Assembly (NCBI GenBank): GCA_002689345.1
Contig: NZFU01000002.1
Span: 8,438 to 72,437 of the forward strand
DNA length: 64,000 nucleotides
Reading direction: 5' to 3'
From: Methanobacteriota archaeon
GTDB taxonomy: Archaea; Thermoplasmatota; Poseidoniia; Poseidoniales; Poseidoniaceae
The notes under the pieces are model-generated. The model had not been told where the DNA came from, did no database searches, and worked only from the letters and a program-made list of their open reading frames with translations. Each line of letters opens with the position of its first letter. The first letter of the stretch is position 1. Shown piece after piece: positions 9,117-19,675 of this stretch. The translations under genes and the position numbers were made by a program.

Positions 9117-11407
9117 TCCTCCTCTGAATCCGCTTGCCCGGGTTCGAGGAGGCTGCATATAATCCATTTCGAAGTAGGAGTATTCGATTTTGTAGCAGTG
9201 GATTCTAATGGGACGAGAACATTTGCTTCAGGGAAATATGTGGCGATATTTCCTCTTGGAATATCGTATGCAACAAGTTGCCATCCATCACTTCTTCGTG
9301 TTTTACCCTCATGATGAGATACAATATCTACGATATGCCTTGACTTCCATCCACGCTCAATCATATCTGTGGCATTCATCAATACTACTCTTCGATTGCC
9401 GTGAATGCCGCGATATCTATCATGTAAATCATAAATTGTAGTATTGTATTGGTCATGTGACCTTATTGTCATCATTACAAATTTATCATCATCCAAAGAT
9501 ACATCAGGTAATTCGTGTGATATGAAATGAGCCATTTTATCTGGAGTGTTGAATGATCGACTATCTCTAGGAGGATTAGGTAATGCAAAACCGTTTTCAC
9601 TTCGTACTCGCTCATTATAATCTTCAAATCCAGCTAATGCTAAACTCATTAATTCACGTATGTTATCATAGTTTTCAGCGAATGACATCCAATCTCTGTC
9701 ATCATTTAAGACTGCAGTGGCTAATGATGCTACAATCCACGGCTCACTGCGTAACTGTTCACTAGCAGGCCTCAGTCCTCCTTTTGATGTGTGAACAATA
9801 CCCATGGAATTCTCAACAGATACAAATTGTAAACCTGAACTTTGATGATCGATTTCAGTTCTTCCAAGACAAGGTAGTATTAGCGCGGTAGATCCAGTGA
9901 CAAGATGCGACCTATTCAATTTGGTAGAGACTTGGACAGTCAGTTTGACATTGGTTAGCCCTTCTGCTGTTGCAAGAGTATCTGGTGTGGCTGATAGGAA
10001 ATTTCCCCCCATGCAGAAGAATAGGTCTGCATTACCCTCACGCATCTGTGTTATGGCCTCGACAACATCGACTCCATGCTCCCTTGGGCTAACAATTCCA
10101 CATGCTGAATCAAGCCTTTCAAGGAATGCTTCGCTAGGTCTTTCCCATATACCGACTGTTCTATCTCCCTGAACATTTGAATGGCCACGAACAGGGCATA
10201 ATCCGGCCCCTTTCTTCCCAATATGGCCACCCATCAACATCAGATTGCTAACTTCCTGTATTACAGCAACACCATTCCTGTGTTGAGTAAGACCCATAGC
10301 CCAACATGCTATTGTTGCATCTGATTTGGCTAGCATACGTCCAGCGGATTCAATTTGGAAGCGTGTAAGTCCTGAGTCATTCTCTATTTGTTCCCAAGAT
10401 GTATTGTTCACATTTTGACGCATTGATTCAATACCTTTTGTTGAATTTTTTATGAAATCATTATCCAATGCATCCAATTCAAACTGGACTTTCATTAAAC
10501 CATGCATTAAAGCCGCATCGCCACCAATTTTCACCTGTAAATGAATATCAGCTAGAGGCTCACTTCCGAATGACATTTTCATGTAATCCTGTGGATGTTT
10601 GAATCTAACTAAACCAGTCTCCGGTAGTGGATTCACATGAATGATTTTCGCACCATTTCTTTTTGCATCTCTTAATGCAGTCAGCATACGAGGATGATTG
10701 GTTCCAGGATTCTGTCCAATAACCAATATCACATCTGAATGATTAAAATCATCTAATGAAACTGTACCCTTGCCAATTCCTATGGTTTCACCCAAACCTC
10801 TTCCACTAGATTCATGACACATGTTGGAACAATCTGGCATATTATTTGTACCTAAAGTCCTGGCAAATAATTGGTACATAAAGGCCGCCTCGTTAGAGGT
10901 GCGACCCGATGTATAGAATATCGAGCGGTTAGGGTCTCCACTTTCATCAATTACTTTAGCAATTAAATCAAAGGCATCTTTCCATGAAATTTTCTCGTAG
11001 TATTTGCTATCAGGAGCAAGTACTACTGGATGTGTGATTCTACCTTGTTTATTCAACCAGTAATCACTTTTCAAAGACAAATCTTCAACACTATTACGTG
11101 CAAAGAAACTAGGATTAACTAGGCCCTTCATCGCTTCATCAGCTACCGCCTTTGCACCATTCTCACAAAACTCGAACATTGTCGAATGTTCAGGGTCAGG
11201 CCAAGCACAACCCGGGCAATCGAAACCAGATGGCTGGTTGACCGTTGTAAGCGTCTTAATTGTCTTATTAAGGCCCATTTTTTTGATACCATGTATCATC
11301 GAAGAAGTTGCAGCAGGAATACCTGCAGCTATCGATTTTGGTTTCTTAATTTTCAATGTATTACGGTCAGGCGGAGTTGTTGCGACGACATCTCTTCTAC
11401 CTGACAT
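9113..11407 (-). CDS. FdhF/YdeP family molybdopterin oxidoreductase alpha subunit
   Basis: GFDCPGCAWP, EFCENGAKA, YTSGRTSNEAAF, NMPDCSNMCHESSG, RGHSNVQGDRT, RSHDQYNTTIY; ATG 11407 preferred over the track start 11437. Confidence 0.93.
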   Translation of the reverse strand: MSGRRDVVATTPPDRNTLKIKKPKSIAAGIPAATSSMIHGIKKMGLNKTIKTLTTVNQPSGFDCPGCAWPDPEHSTMFEFCENGAKAVADEAMKGLVNPSFFARNSVEDLSLKSDYWLNKQGRITHPVVLAPDSKYYEKISWKDAFDLIAKVIDESGDPNRSIFYTSGRTSNEAAFMYQLFARTLGTNNMPDCSNMCHESSGRGLGETIGIGKGTVSLDDFNHSDVILVIGQNPGTNHPRMLTALRDAKRNGAKIIHVNPLPETGLVRFKHPQDYMKMSFGSEPLADIHLQVKIGGDAALMHGLMKVQFELDALDNDFIKNSTKGIESMRQNVNNTSWEQIENDSGLTRFQIESAGRMLAKSDATIACWAMGLTQHRNGVAVIQEVSNLMLMGGHIGKKGAGLCPVRGHSNVQGDRTVGIWERPSEAFLERLDSACGIVSPREHGVDVVEAITQMREGNADLFFCMGGNFLSATPDTLATAEGLTNVKLTVQVSTKLNRSHLVTGSTALILPCLGRTEIDHQSSGLQFVSVENSMGIVHTSKGGLRPASEQLRSEPWIVASLATAVLNDDRDWMSFAENYDNIRELMSLALAGFEDYNERVRSENGFALPNPPRDSRSFNTPDKMAHFISHELPDVSLDDDKFVMMTIRSHDQYNTTIYDLHDRYRGIHGNRRVVLMNATDMIERGWKSRHIVDIVSHHEGKTRRSDGWQLVAYDIPRGNIATYFPEANVLVPLESTATKSNTPTSKWIICSLLEPGQADSEEE

Positions 11408-12155
11408 TATTGTCCGGGTTTGGCGAAGGCTTGTCAATGATGCGGCTCAAATCACCTATAACTGCAGGAGTTTTGCTACTTGCAAAGCCAATCAAAGTCA
11501 TTCCACTTGCTCGCGCTAGTGATTCTGCAGCGGAACTTATTGCGCCCACAGCAATGATCAATTCAATACCTGAACGAACAGATTTGGCTACCAACTCCCA
11601 CCCGATTCTACCAGATAATCCTAAAATTTGGACAGGGATATCGTTGCGTATAGCCCCTCCGACCACTTTGTCCACTGCATTATGCCTACCAATATCTTCA
11701 CGAATAATCAGCAATTTCCCATTCTGATCAAATAATGCAGCAGCATGCATACCACCTGTTGCCTCAAACCATGGTTGATTTAATTTCATTTCATTCATCA
11801 TTGAATCCAATTGACCTGTGAGAAAAACAGTCCGGTCAACGAACTCTGATGGCATTGGGACATCTCCAGTTGTGCATGCTCCACAGGCCGCAGTAAGTAA
11901 GTCATCACTAGGCCGACTGCGTACTTGACCCGATACAAAGACCTCAGTTCCTTTGACCTCGATAGAATCCACCCGACCTCTGCCTTCACAAAAAATGTGC
12001 CCAAATGCCAAATCTCCTAAATCGAATGGCGAAGCTAATATTCTGACAACAGTATTGCCATCACATTGTATTGTTATTATGGATTCTTCAGCCAATTCAT
12101 CGATTTCGGGATTAGGATATTCACCACCTAATCGATGCACAGGACGCTTTACCAT
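11397..12155 (-). CDS. fdhD: Formate dehydrogenase accessory sulfurtransferase FdhD
   Basis: ACGAC, FEATGGMHAAALF, REDIGRHNAVDKVVG, SGRIG; overlaps the FdhF-like gene. Confidence 0.92.
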   Translation of the reverse strand: MVKRPVHRLGGEYPNPEIDELAEESIITIQCDGNTVVRILASPFDLGDLAFGHIFCEGRGRVDSIEVKGTEVFVSGQVRSRPSDDLLTAACGACTTGDVPMPSEFVDRTVFLTGQLDSMMNEMKLNQPWFEATGGMHAAALFDQNGKLLIIREDIGRHNAVDKVVGGAIRNDIPVQILGLSGRIGWELVAKSVRSGIELIIAVGAISSAAESLARASGMTLIGFASSKTPAVIGDLSRIIDKPSPNPDNNVR

Positions 12156-12198
12156 AACTATCTCCTACAGACTATACTCAATAGCAATTGTCATTGAA

Positions 12199-12744
12199 TT
12201 ATTCGGGCCTTTCTATGTCGAAGAATTCAAATTGTAAATCCACTAATTCAGAAGATGATTTCGCTTCACAATATGCGTCTAAAGGTTCCTTGTTCAAGAT
12301 GAAAAATTGTTCACCCCAACGGAATGCACCTAGCAATTTTCTAGCTTGTTTTTCTCTACCTATCAAGTATAGTGATGCTGCTAGGGCTTCAGCGGTAGTC
12401 ATCTTCCCAGGTTTACCCCAATTCACTGGATTTGCTGCAAGTAAAAGAGGTAGCATTCTAGGTTTCAGTTTGGTTCTCCTCATTACTTGGGCAACTGAAT
12501 CTTCAATCTGTGCCCATGAACAATCAAGTCCTACTAAAGAACCTCCTTCTTCCAGTAAAAGAGAATGGTCTTCTGGGCCCAATACCTTACCACAGAGGGG
12601 CTCAAGAATGATTCCTCTTCTAGGTAATTGATTGAATCGTTCATGTAATTTCAAGTCGTTTCTACGTGATAGTCTAACAGCAGTATTCTTTTTCGGATCG
12701 TCCTGGGCAAGCCAAATAGCATGTACAGGGATGTCTTTGTGCAT
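12199..12744 (-). CDS. tsr3: SSU rRNA aminocarboxypropyltransferase Tsr3
   Basis: QDDPKKNTA, LDCSW, RMLPLLLAANPVNWGKP, TAEALAA, FRWGEQFFILN. Confidence 0.93.
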   Translation of the reverse strand: MHKDIPVHAIWLAQDDPKKNTAVRLSRRNDLKLHERFNQLPRRGIILEPLCGKVLGPEDHSLLLEEGGSLVGLDCSWAQIEDSVAQVMRRTKLKPRMLPLLLAANPVNWGKPGKMTTAEALAASLYLIGREKQARKLLGAFRWGEQFFILNKEPLDAYCEAKSSSELVDLQFEFFDIERPE

Positions 12745-12747
12745 TGT

Positions 12748-13257
12748 TCATTCCTTTCCGCCAAGCAAGAAATCACCGAGTGTCAACCCTCTAGGGTTTC
12801 CACTATTCACGTGTCTATTTTCGTCAGGACTAGACTCTACCATCAATGTGATATCAAGTGCTCTCTCTAATTTTCTAATAACTGCATCAGTTGGTCTTTT
12901 ACCAGATTCAACATTATTGATGACATTTATTTTTTCAGCCATCTTACGTGCTAATTCTCTCTTATCCCACCCACGCTTAGTTCGTGCGGTTGCCACTCTT
13001 TTGGAGAAATCCGAGGCTAATTCCTTTTCACCCCTCAGCATGATGTCTTTGCCCTTGCGGCCAATTCCACCATAACCTCCTGAAGTTGAAGTAGGAGTGG
13101 TTCTGGCTTTTGCTAAGCCAGGAGCTACTTTTTTCTCATCCAAACCCATCTTGTCAGTGCAACGTTTGCATGCTTGAACTTCGGCTCTGCCCATCATGAC
13201 AGACCTTGTACCAACCTTCATTGCCCCACATAGTTCACAGTCCGCCACAATAGCCAC
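12748..13257 (-). CDS. mbf1: Archaeal multiprotein bridging factor aMBF1 (Zn ribbon + HTH)
   Basis: CELCG...CKRC, HTH ELARKMAEKINVINNVESGKRP, terminal TLGDF; divergent from pan. Confidence 0.9.
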   Translation of the reverse strand: MAIVADCELCGAMKVGTRSVMMGRAEVQACKRCTDKMGLDEKKVAPGLAKARTTPTSTSGGYGGIGRKGKDIMLRGEKELASDFSKRVATARTKRGWDKRELARKMAEKINVINNVESGKRPTDAVIRKLERALDITLMVESSPDENRHVNSGNPRGLTLGDFLLGGKE

Positions 13258-13360
13258 CTAATGCGTTGTTGTGGCCGCGCTTCATCAAGGCTTCGTAAAG
13301 ACTGGCAAATGAAGCATTATACACGGATATTTGAAGAAGGACGGCCACCGGACTCACTAT

Positions 13361-14581
13361 ATGGGCACAGAGGTCGACCAAGGCTCGAGCGAACCGCTCA
13401 ATATTGATGATAATGATTTGAAATCATTAGAACTCGATTACAAGCAACTTCAAGATGAAGCACAGAGGCTATTATCCGAACGTGTTCATTTAGAAAATGA
13501 TCTTGCCAATGTCAAAAAACGTGCAAGTCGTTTAGATGAAGAAGTACGTATATTGAAGAGCCCACCACTAATTGTTGGCCATCTACAAGATGTACTCGAT
13601 GAGGAAAGGGCAATTGTTCGTTCATCCAATGGTACTGTGTTTCAAGTTTCTATAAATCAAAGGCTTGACCCTGAGAAATTACGCCCAGGTACTAGAATCG
13701 CCCTTAATCAAGATACTCTTTCGATTATTGAAATACTACATGATGCATGGGATCCAATGGTCTCTGGTGCTGAGATGATTGAGAAACCGAATATTGATTA
13801 CGAGAATGTTGGGGGGCTAGATGAACAAATTTTGCAGGTACGTGAAGCAATTGAACTGCCTCTAGAGAAACCAGAATTGTTCCGAAAAGTGGGTATCGAG
13901 CCACCTAAAGGAATTCTACTAGTTGGCCCACCTGGCTGTGGTAAGACTATGCTTGCTAAGGCTGTCGCTAGTCAAACAAAGGCATCTTTTATTCGCATGG
14001 TGGGGTCAGAACTAGCACAGAAGTATATTGGTGAAGGGGGAAGAATGGTGAGAGAATTATTTTCTTTGGCCAAAGATAAATCACCAGCAATTATTTTCCT
14101 AGATGAAATCGATGCTATTGGTGCAAAGAGGCTTGATTCAGCAACCAGTGGCGATAGAGAAGTTCAGAGAACATTGATGCAACTATTAGCCGAATTGGAT
14201 GGTTTTGATTCATTGGAAGATGTCAAGATAATAGCAGCCACCAATAGACCGGATATTCTAGATGATGCTTTACTAAGGCCTGGTAGGTTCGATAGGGTTA
14301 TCGAAATCCCTCTGCCGGATGAAAGCGGCAGGAAAACAATATTGTCAATTCATTTGGAAAGAATGTCTACCTCTAGAGTTAATATTGCCAAAATTGTTGA
14401 GATGACCGAGGGATTCAGCGGGGCTGAATTGAAGGCCACTACTGTTGAGTCGGGAATGATTGCAATTAGAGATGGTCGTTCTAAAGTTAAGCAAAATGAC
14501 GTGATATTAGCAGTCGAGAGAATCAAAAAGAAGCGCGAGTCGAACGGTATTTCAACTTCACCTGACGCTCTTTATGGCTGA
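13361..14581 (+). CDS. pan: Proteasome-activating nucleotidase
   Basis: N-terminal coiled coil, PPLIVG, GPPGCGKT, IIFLDEIDA, EVQRTLMQLL, RPGRFDR, C-terminal HbYX (LYG); ATG 13361 preferred over TTG 13331. Confidence 0.96.
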   Translation: MGTEVDQGSSEPLNIDDNDLKSLELDYKQLQDEAQRLLSERVHLENDLANVKKRASRLDEEVRILKSPPLIVGHLQDVLDEERAIVRSSNGTVFQVSINQRLDPEKLRPGTRIALNQDTLSIIEILHDAWDPMVSGAEMIEKPNIDYENVGGLDEQILQVREAIELPLEKPELFRKVGIEPPKGILLVGPPGCGKTMLAKAVASQTKASFIRMVGSELAQKYIGEGGRMVRELFSLAKDKSPAIIFLDEIDAIGAKRLDSATSGDREVQRTLMQLLAELDGFDSLEDVKIIAATNRPDILDDALLRPGRFDRVIEIPLPDESGRKTILSIHLERMSTSRVNIAKIVEMTEGFSGAELKATTVESGMIAIRDGRSKVKQNDVILAVERIKKKRESNGISTSPDALYG

Positions 14582-14625
14582 TTGTTTCGGCAATGTTCAT
14601 CAGTTGTCGGTTTTGACAACAGCAT

Positions 14626-15657
14626 ATGTCCAAGAGAATTGTTGAGTGCGTACCCAATTTCTCAGAGGGTAGAGATCAATCAATTATCAAAGCGATTAGT
14701 GATGCTGGGCGTGGTATTGAAGGAGCGCGGGTGCTAGGTATAGAGCCCGATGGAGACTACAATCGAACCGTATTGACGATTGCTGGTGAACCCGCTGCGG
14801 TTAGTGAAGCTGCATTTAGAGTAATCAAAGCAGCATTTGAGAATATCGACATGAGTTCTCATGAAGGAGAACATCCTCGTATAGGCGCTGTCGATGTTTG
14901 TCCATTTGTGCCCTTAGAAGGTGTAACGATGGATGAATGTGCAATTCTTTCACGCGAATTAGCAATACGAGTGTCTAATGATTTAGAATTGCCAACTTTC
15001 CTTTATGGCGCCGCAGCAACTTCACCAGATAGAGAATTACTTTCAGATTTACGAAGAGGACAATACGAAGGTCTGAAGGAAAGATTGGACAATAATGGCC
15101 CGAATATGCCAGATTTCGGGCCAATGGAATGGAATGAATCTGTTGCCAGATTCGGCGCAGTTGTAATTGGTGCTAGGCAAATATTGGTGGCTTACAATGT
15201 CAACGTCGATGAAACCGATGCGATGGCTGCTAAGAAAGCAGGGTCTTTGGTCAGGTCTACAGGAAGGTTACTGAAAAGGGAAGATGGTAGAAGGACACGC
15301 ATTCCCGGGATGTTGCCTATGGTTCAGGGCATGGGGCTGCCTTTAGATGCCCATGGAATTTCACAAGTATCAATGAATCTCAGGGATGTTTCAGTTACAC
15401 CAATGCATATTGCTTTCGAGGCTGTTAAATCAATTGTAAATGATCACGGAGTCGATACTTGTGGCTCTGAACTTGTTGGTTTAGTTCCATTATCGGCAAT
15501 GTTGGAATCTGGTAAATGGTACGCTCCAGAAGGTTGCAGTGATAATAACGAACTTGTTTCTGCTGCAATAAAGGGGCTTGGATTAGACTCTCTAGGCCCA
15601 TTCAATCCTGATGAAAGGATAATTGAGTGGGCTTTAGAAAAGGGGGTAGAAGCATGA
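14626..15657 (+). CDS. ftcD: Glutamate formimidoyltransferase (FTCD N-terminal part)
   Basis: VECVPNFSEGRD, YNRTVLT, HEGEHPRIGAVDVCPFVP, QVSMNL, SELVGLVP. Confidence 0.95.
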   Translation: MSKRIVECVPNFSEGRDQSIIKAISDAGRGIEGARVLGIEPDGDYNRTVLTIAGEPAAVSEAAFRVIKAAFENIDMSSHEGEHPRIGAVDVCPFVPLEGVTMDECAILSRELAIRVSNDLELPTFLYGAAATSPDRELLSDLRRGQYEGLKERLDNNGPNMPDFGPMEWNESVARFGAVVIGARQILVAYNVNVDETDAMAAKKAGSLVRSTGRLLKREDGRRTRIPGMLPMVQGMGLPLDAHGISQVSMNLRDVSVTPMHIAFEAVKSIVNDHGVDTCGSELVGLVPLSAMLESGKWYAPEGCSDNNELVSAAIKGLGLDSLGPFNPDERIIEWALEKGVEA

Positions 15658-16283
15658 AAACACCATGGATGGAAATGACAGTTAGAGATTTTCAAGCGGC
15701 CTTAGCATCATCATCACCTACTCCTGGTGGTGGAACTGCTGCTGCCATTTCATTAGGCCAAGCATCAGCATTGACCATAATGGTCAGTGATTTGACAATA
15801 GGTAAAGAAAAATGGCAGGAGGGATGGGATATTGCCAACCATGCTATGTTAGCAGCAGTGAAAATAATGAGTAGAGCTGGTGTATTAGCCGATGAAGATA
15901 GCAATGCGTTTGATGATGTAATGGCATCATTCAAGTTACCCAAGGATGATGATGAGCAAAAGGATGCACGTAGGAAAGCCATACGTTCTGCTACACTTCA
16001 GGCTACGCAGATACCATATGAGACTGCCAAATTATCATTGCAACTATTGGAGATGTTACCCGATTTGGCTCGTAAGGGCAATGCCAATGCAGTAAGTGAT
16101 GTTGGTGTTGCTGGACTACTTGCAAGTGCTGCTTGCAAGGGTGCTTTGTTCAATGTCGATATCAATTTGTCAAGTCTACCATCTGAAATGGCGGCTGAAA
16201 TAAGACAAGGGGCACCAGAAATTCTAGAAAAATCTCGTGTTTTATCACGCGAAATTATGGATGCGGTTAGAGATAGGCTGTAA
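15654..16283 (+). CDS. Formiminotetrahydrofolate cyclodeaminase / cyclohydrolase family protein
   Basis: LASSSPTPGGG, DEDSNAF, GNANAVSDVGV, GALFNVDINL; ATGA overlap with the ftcD stop. Confidence 0.92.
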   Translation: MKTPWMEMTVRDFQAALASSSPTPGGGTAAAISLGQASALTIMVSDLTIGKEKWQEGWDIANHAMLAAVKIMSRAGVLADEDSNAFDDVMASFKLPKDDDEQKDARRKAIRSATLQATQIPYETAKLSLQLLEMLPDLARKGNANAVSDVGVAGLLASAACKGALFNVDINLSSLPSEMAAEIRQGAPEILEKSRVLSREIMDAVRDRL

Positions 16284-18521
16284 TCAGCGAACCTGTGAGC
16301 CAGGAGAGATGTCTCCATCAATGGTGACTAGTTTTACACCACCATTGCCATCATCGGCAGCTAACATCATTCCTTCACTCATCACTCCACGTAGTTTACG
16401 AGGTTTGAGATTAGCAACAAATACCACTGATTTACCAACCATTTCTTCGGCTGTGTAATACTCTTTAAGGCCAGCACAAATAGTTCGGCCATTCTCACTT
16501 CCATCATCAATAGTTACTACGAATAACTTGTCTGCATTCTCATGATCGCTTACATCAGTAATCATTCCCACTCGTAATTCAACTTCCATAAACGTCTCAA
16601 AATCGAGATGTGTGGTTCCTTCTGGCATTTTTCTTCCTTCCTTTTTCTTCTTCTTTCCGCCCTTGACAGCATGTGTTGGGTCGGCACTAGTTTGTGAATC
16701 ATTACTTGCTAACGATTTCTCTTGTTCGAGAATTTCATCTAAATCTAATCTTTGGAATAGTGGCTTTGCTTCCTGGTCACTCCATTTTGGCTCGACAGTC
16801 CAATTGATAGCAGATTGCCACATTGTTAGAGAAACGTCTCCTTGTTCACCCAATGCTTGCCACAATCTCTGGGCGCTGAATGGTAGGAATGGCTGAGTTG
16901 TAATCGCTAAAAATCGTGATACTCTCCAGCCAAATGCCAATTTGGCCATGGATTCTTTAGCACCATCGCCATCTAAATCTTTCAAAAATTTCCAAGGTGT
17001 TGCTGACTGTAACATCTGATTACCCATTTGGGCAGCGGTCATTATACCACGTAGTGCTTCTTTGTAGCGATGTCTTTCAAGGCTAGTTGTGACCTGAGCA
17101 TGGATTTCTTCAAGGCGGTTCATTTCATTAGAACATAGATTTAGGTCTTCAAATGTAGACAATGATCTATCGGATGGTAGCCTTGCGCCTAAGGTAAGTA
17201 CACGATGGACGAAGTTACCATATGCGGCAATCAATTCTGAATTGATTTTCTCAACAAAGTCAGGCCAATTGAAATCTGTATCATGATTCTCCGGCATATT
17301 GATTGAGAGATAATAGCGGAGGGTATCTGGGTCAAATCTCTCTAAGAAAGAGGGTAGCCAAACTGCATGTTTTCTCGATTTAGAGAACTGTCCACCTGAT
17401 AACATTAGATATTCCATTGCGGGGACGTTATCCTCGAGGTGTAATTCTCCAGGCCCAGGAAGACTAGGATTTGTGGAGGAATCCAAACCCTTTGCTGCAT
17501 GGTTAAGACCCATAATTAGAGCTGGCCAAATAACTGTATGGAACGGAATATTATCCTTTCCAAGGAAGTACAGATGCCTAGGTGTTTCTCCATTTTCAGA
17601 TATTTTCCACCACTTTTCCCAATCGTCATGTCCAGCATGACGTTGAGACCATAGTTTAGCACAGGAGTAGTACCCTTGAACCGCTTCAAACCAGACATAG
17701 ATACACTTTCCTTCCCATTCATCTCCTTCTAATGGTAGAGGTATTCCCCAGTCGAGATCACGAGTTACTGCACGAGGCCTCAGGCCCATGTCGAGCCATT
17801 GTTTGGTCATGGCTCTGACATTGGATTTCCAGACATCTTGCCTTTGACTAGCATGGGTCTCGAGCGCTTCTTGAAACAAATCTAGGCGATAGAATAGGTG
17901 CTCTGTGTCACGGATTTCTATAGTAGCTTCAGGATTCATTTTGGATTTTGGATTTTTCAATTCATGGGCTTCGTATGTAACTCCACATTCGTCACACTGG
18001 TCCCCCCTTGCTCCACTCGCTCCACAACTAGGACAATCTCCCTCAACATATCTGTCTGGTAAGAATCTCCCCCCGTTTTCACGGATTTCATAATATTGCT
18101 GCATAACCTTACGCTCGAAAAGTCCAGCATCCATCAGTGATTGGAAATTTTCTGAAACTATTTTGTGGTGCTCGGGGTCACTTGTTCTATTGAATAGTGA
18201 ACCGCCATATTCAACACCTCTAGGGTCAATATTAGGCTCCCAGCTACAACCAAGGTCAAGTAGTGCTTTTGTGTTTAGAGCATGATATTTATCAACAATA
18301 TCCTGAGGTTTAACTCCTTGAGTTTCCGCTGCAACAGTGATTGGAGTTCCATGCTCATCAGAACCGGAAACCATCAGTACGCGATTTCCTTTAGCGCGCT
18401 CAAACCTAGATTGAATATCGGGCGGCAAATAACAACCAGCAACGTGTCCCAGATGCAGAGGGCCGTTAGCGTACGGCCATGCAACACAAACAAGAACATG
18501 CTCGCCACTCACCTGTGTCAC
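16284..18521 (-). CDS. metG: Methionyl-tRNA synthetase with C-terminal Trbp111-like tRNA-binding domain
   Basis: WPYANGPLHLGH, GSDEHG, zinc knuckle CPSC..GDQCDEC, GKDNIPFH, QFSKS, ANLKPRKLRGVMSEGM. Confidence 0.97.
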   Translation of the reverse strand: MTQVSGEHVLVCVAWPYANGPLHLGHVAGCYLPPDIQSRFERAKGNRVLMVSGSDEHGTPITVAAETQGVKPQDIVDKYHALNTKALLDLGCSWEPNIDPRGVEYGGSLFNRTSDPEHHKIVSENFQSLMDAGLFERKVMQQYYEIRENGGRFLPDRYVEGDCPSCGASGARGDQCDECGVTYEAHELKNPKSKMNPEATIEIRDTEHLFYRLDLFQEALETHASQRQDVWKSNVRAMTKQWLDMGLRPRAVTRDLDWGIPLPLEGDEWEGKCIYVWFEAVQGYYSCAKLWSQRHAGHDDWEKWWKISENGETPRHLYFLGKDNIPFHTVIWPALIMGLNHAAKGLDSSTNPSLPGPGELHLEDNVPAMEYLMLSGGQFSKSRKHAVWLPSFLERFDPDTLRYYLSINMPENHDTDFNWPDFVEKINSELIAAYGNFVHRVLTLGARLPSDRSLSTFEDLNLCSNEMNRLEEIHAQVTTSLERHRYKEALRGIMTAAQMGNQMLQSATPWKFLKDLDGDGAKESMAKLAFGWRVSRFLAITTQPFLPFSAQRLWQALGEQGDVSLTMWQSAINWTVEPKWSDQEAKPLFQRLDLDEILEQEKSLASNDSQTSADPTHAVKGGKKKKKEGRKMPEGTTHLDFETFMEVELRVGMITDVSDHENADKLFVVTIDDGSENGRTICAGLKEYYTAEEMVGKSVVFVANLKPRKLRGVMSEGMMLAADDGNGGVKLVTIDGDISPGSQVR

Positions 18522-18640
18522 CTAACCTGTCGGATGCAATGAACTACATGAGTCCTGTGCATGTCAGGCTTGCGAAGGCTCAAGAACTGAAGGCTCCACA
18601 GACACATTGGGCCGATTGGCCGAGGAGTTCATTGAACCCC

Positions 18641-19675
18641 ATGGCAGACTACACATTACTGATTATTTATGCATCCCTTGCGTTGGGTGTTTCATTCATC
18701 TGTTCCCTGCTAGAAGCAGTACTGCTATCTATGTCAGTATCTCACGTTAGTGTCATTAACAAGTCTGGTGATAAAAATGGATCTAGGTGGGCGCGTCTAA
18801 AAGAAGATGATTCAGTCAAACCACTAACTGCCATATTGACTTTGAATACAATTGCGCACACTATGGGTGCTGCGGGTGTGGGTTCTGAAGTATCTCGTAT
18901 CTGGGGCGATGACAAGCTCACAATAGCATCGATATTTTTGACATTGGCAGTATTATTCCTATCGGAGATTATACCCAAAACTCTTGGTTCCGCCTACTGG
19001 AAAGTATTTTCGAGACCATCTGGAATAGTATTGTCAGGGATGACTAAAATCCTATCACCATTCTTTGTACCACTATTGTGGTTTAAGCGCTTGTTACCAA
19101 AGGCAGAGACCTCTTCAGTAACTCGTGATGAACTCCATGCTTTAGCCGATATCGGCGAAGAAGAAGGTGAGTTGGAAGAAGATGAAGAGACAGTCATCCA
19201 CAATCTATTGGCTCTAAGAGAAATCCCAGTAAAGGATGTAATGACTCCAAGAACTGTAACATTATCCTTTGATCATGATTGGACAATCCGTCAAGTTTTA
19301 GACGATACCAAGATTTTACGATTTGGCAGAATGCCAGTATATGAAGAAACTATTGATTCTCTATCTGGATTCGTTTTGCGCTCAGATATATTGATGGCTG
19401 CATCTATGGATCAATGGGATACAACTCTATTGGACCTGAAAAAGCCATTATTGACTATCGGTATTGACGATAGTGTTGACCTGGCGCTTGATAGATTCCT
19501 TGAATCAAAGGTCCAGATACTAGCTGCATTAGACGAATTTGGCGGCACTGCAGGTATTATCACCATGGAAGACGTAATTGAAACTCTTCTTGGTGAAGAA
19601 ATAGTAGATGAATTAGACGAACACGAAGATATGCGTGAGTTAGCACGTGAGCAAGCTGCTAGTGAAGAAGAGTGA
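18641..19675 (+). CDS. CNNM/DUF21 + CBS domain protein (CorC/TlyC-like Mg2+/Co2+ homeostasis)
   Basis: SFICSLLEAVLLS, ILTLNTIAHT, LSEIIPKTLG, VMTPR, DEFGGTAGIITMEDVIE; GAGGAG upstream of ATG 18641. Confidence 0.9.
   Translation: MADYTLLIIYASLALGVSFICSLLEAVLLSMSVSHVSVINKSGDKNGSRWARLKEDDSVKPLTAILTLNTIAHTMGAAGVGSEVSRIWGDDKLTIASIFLTLAVLFLSEIIPKTLGSAYWKVFSRPSGIVLSGMTKILSPFFVPLLWFKRLLPKAETSSVTRDELHALADIGEEEGELEEDEETVIHNLLALREIPVKDVMTPRTVTLSFDHDWTIRQVLDDTKILRFGRMPVYEETIDSLSGFVLRSDILMAASMDQWDTTLLDLKKPLLTIGIDDSVDLALDRFLESKVQILAALDEFGGTAGIITMEDVIETLLGEEIVDELDEHEDMRELAREQAASEEE

Noticed and set aside
9113-11407. Selenocysteine formate dehydrogenase
   Set aside because: Frame is open without internal TGA; active-site region is Cys (CSNMCHE), YdeP type
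16284-16660. Separate Trbp111 gene from internal ATG (MPEGTTH) in metG
   Set aside because: Continuous frame; C-terminal fusion is normal for MetRS; the purine-rich stretch upstream simply encodes Lys/Glu/Gly
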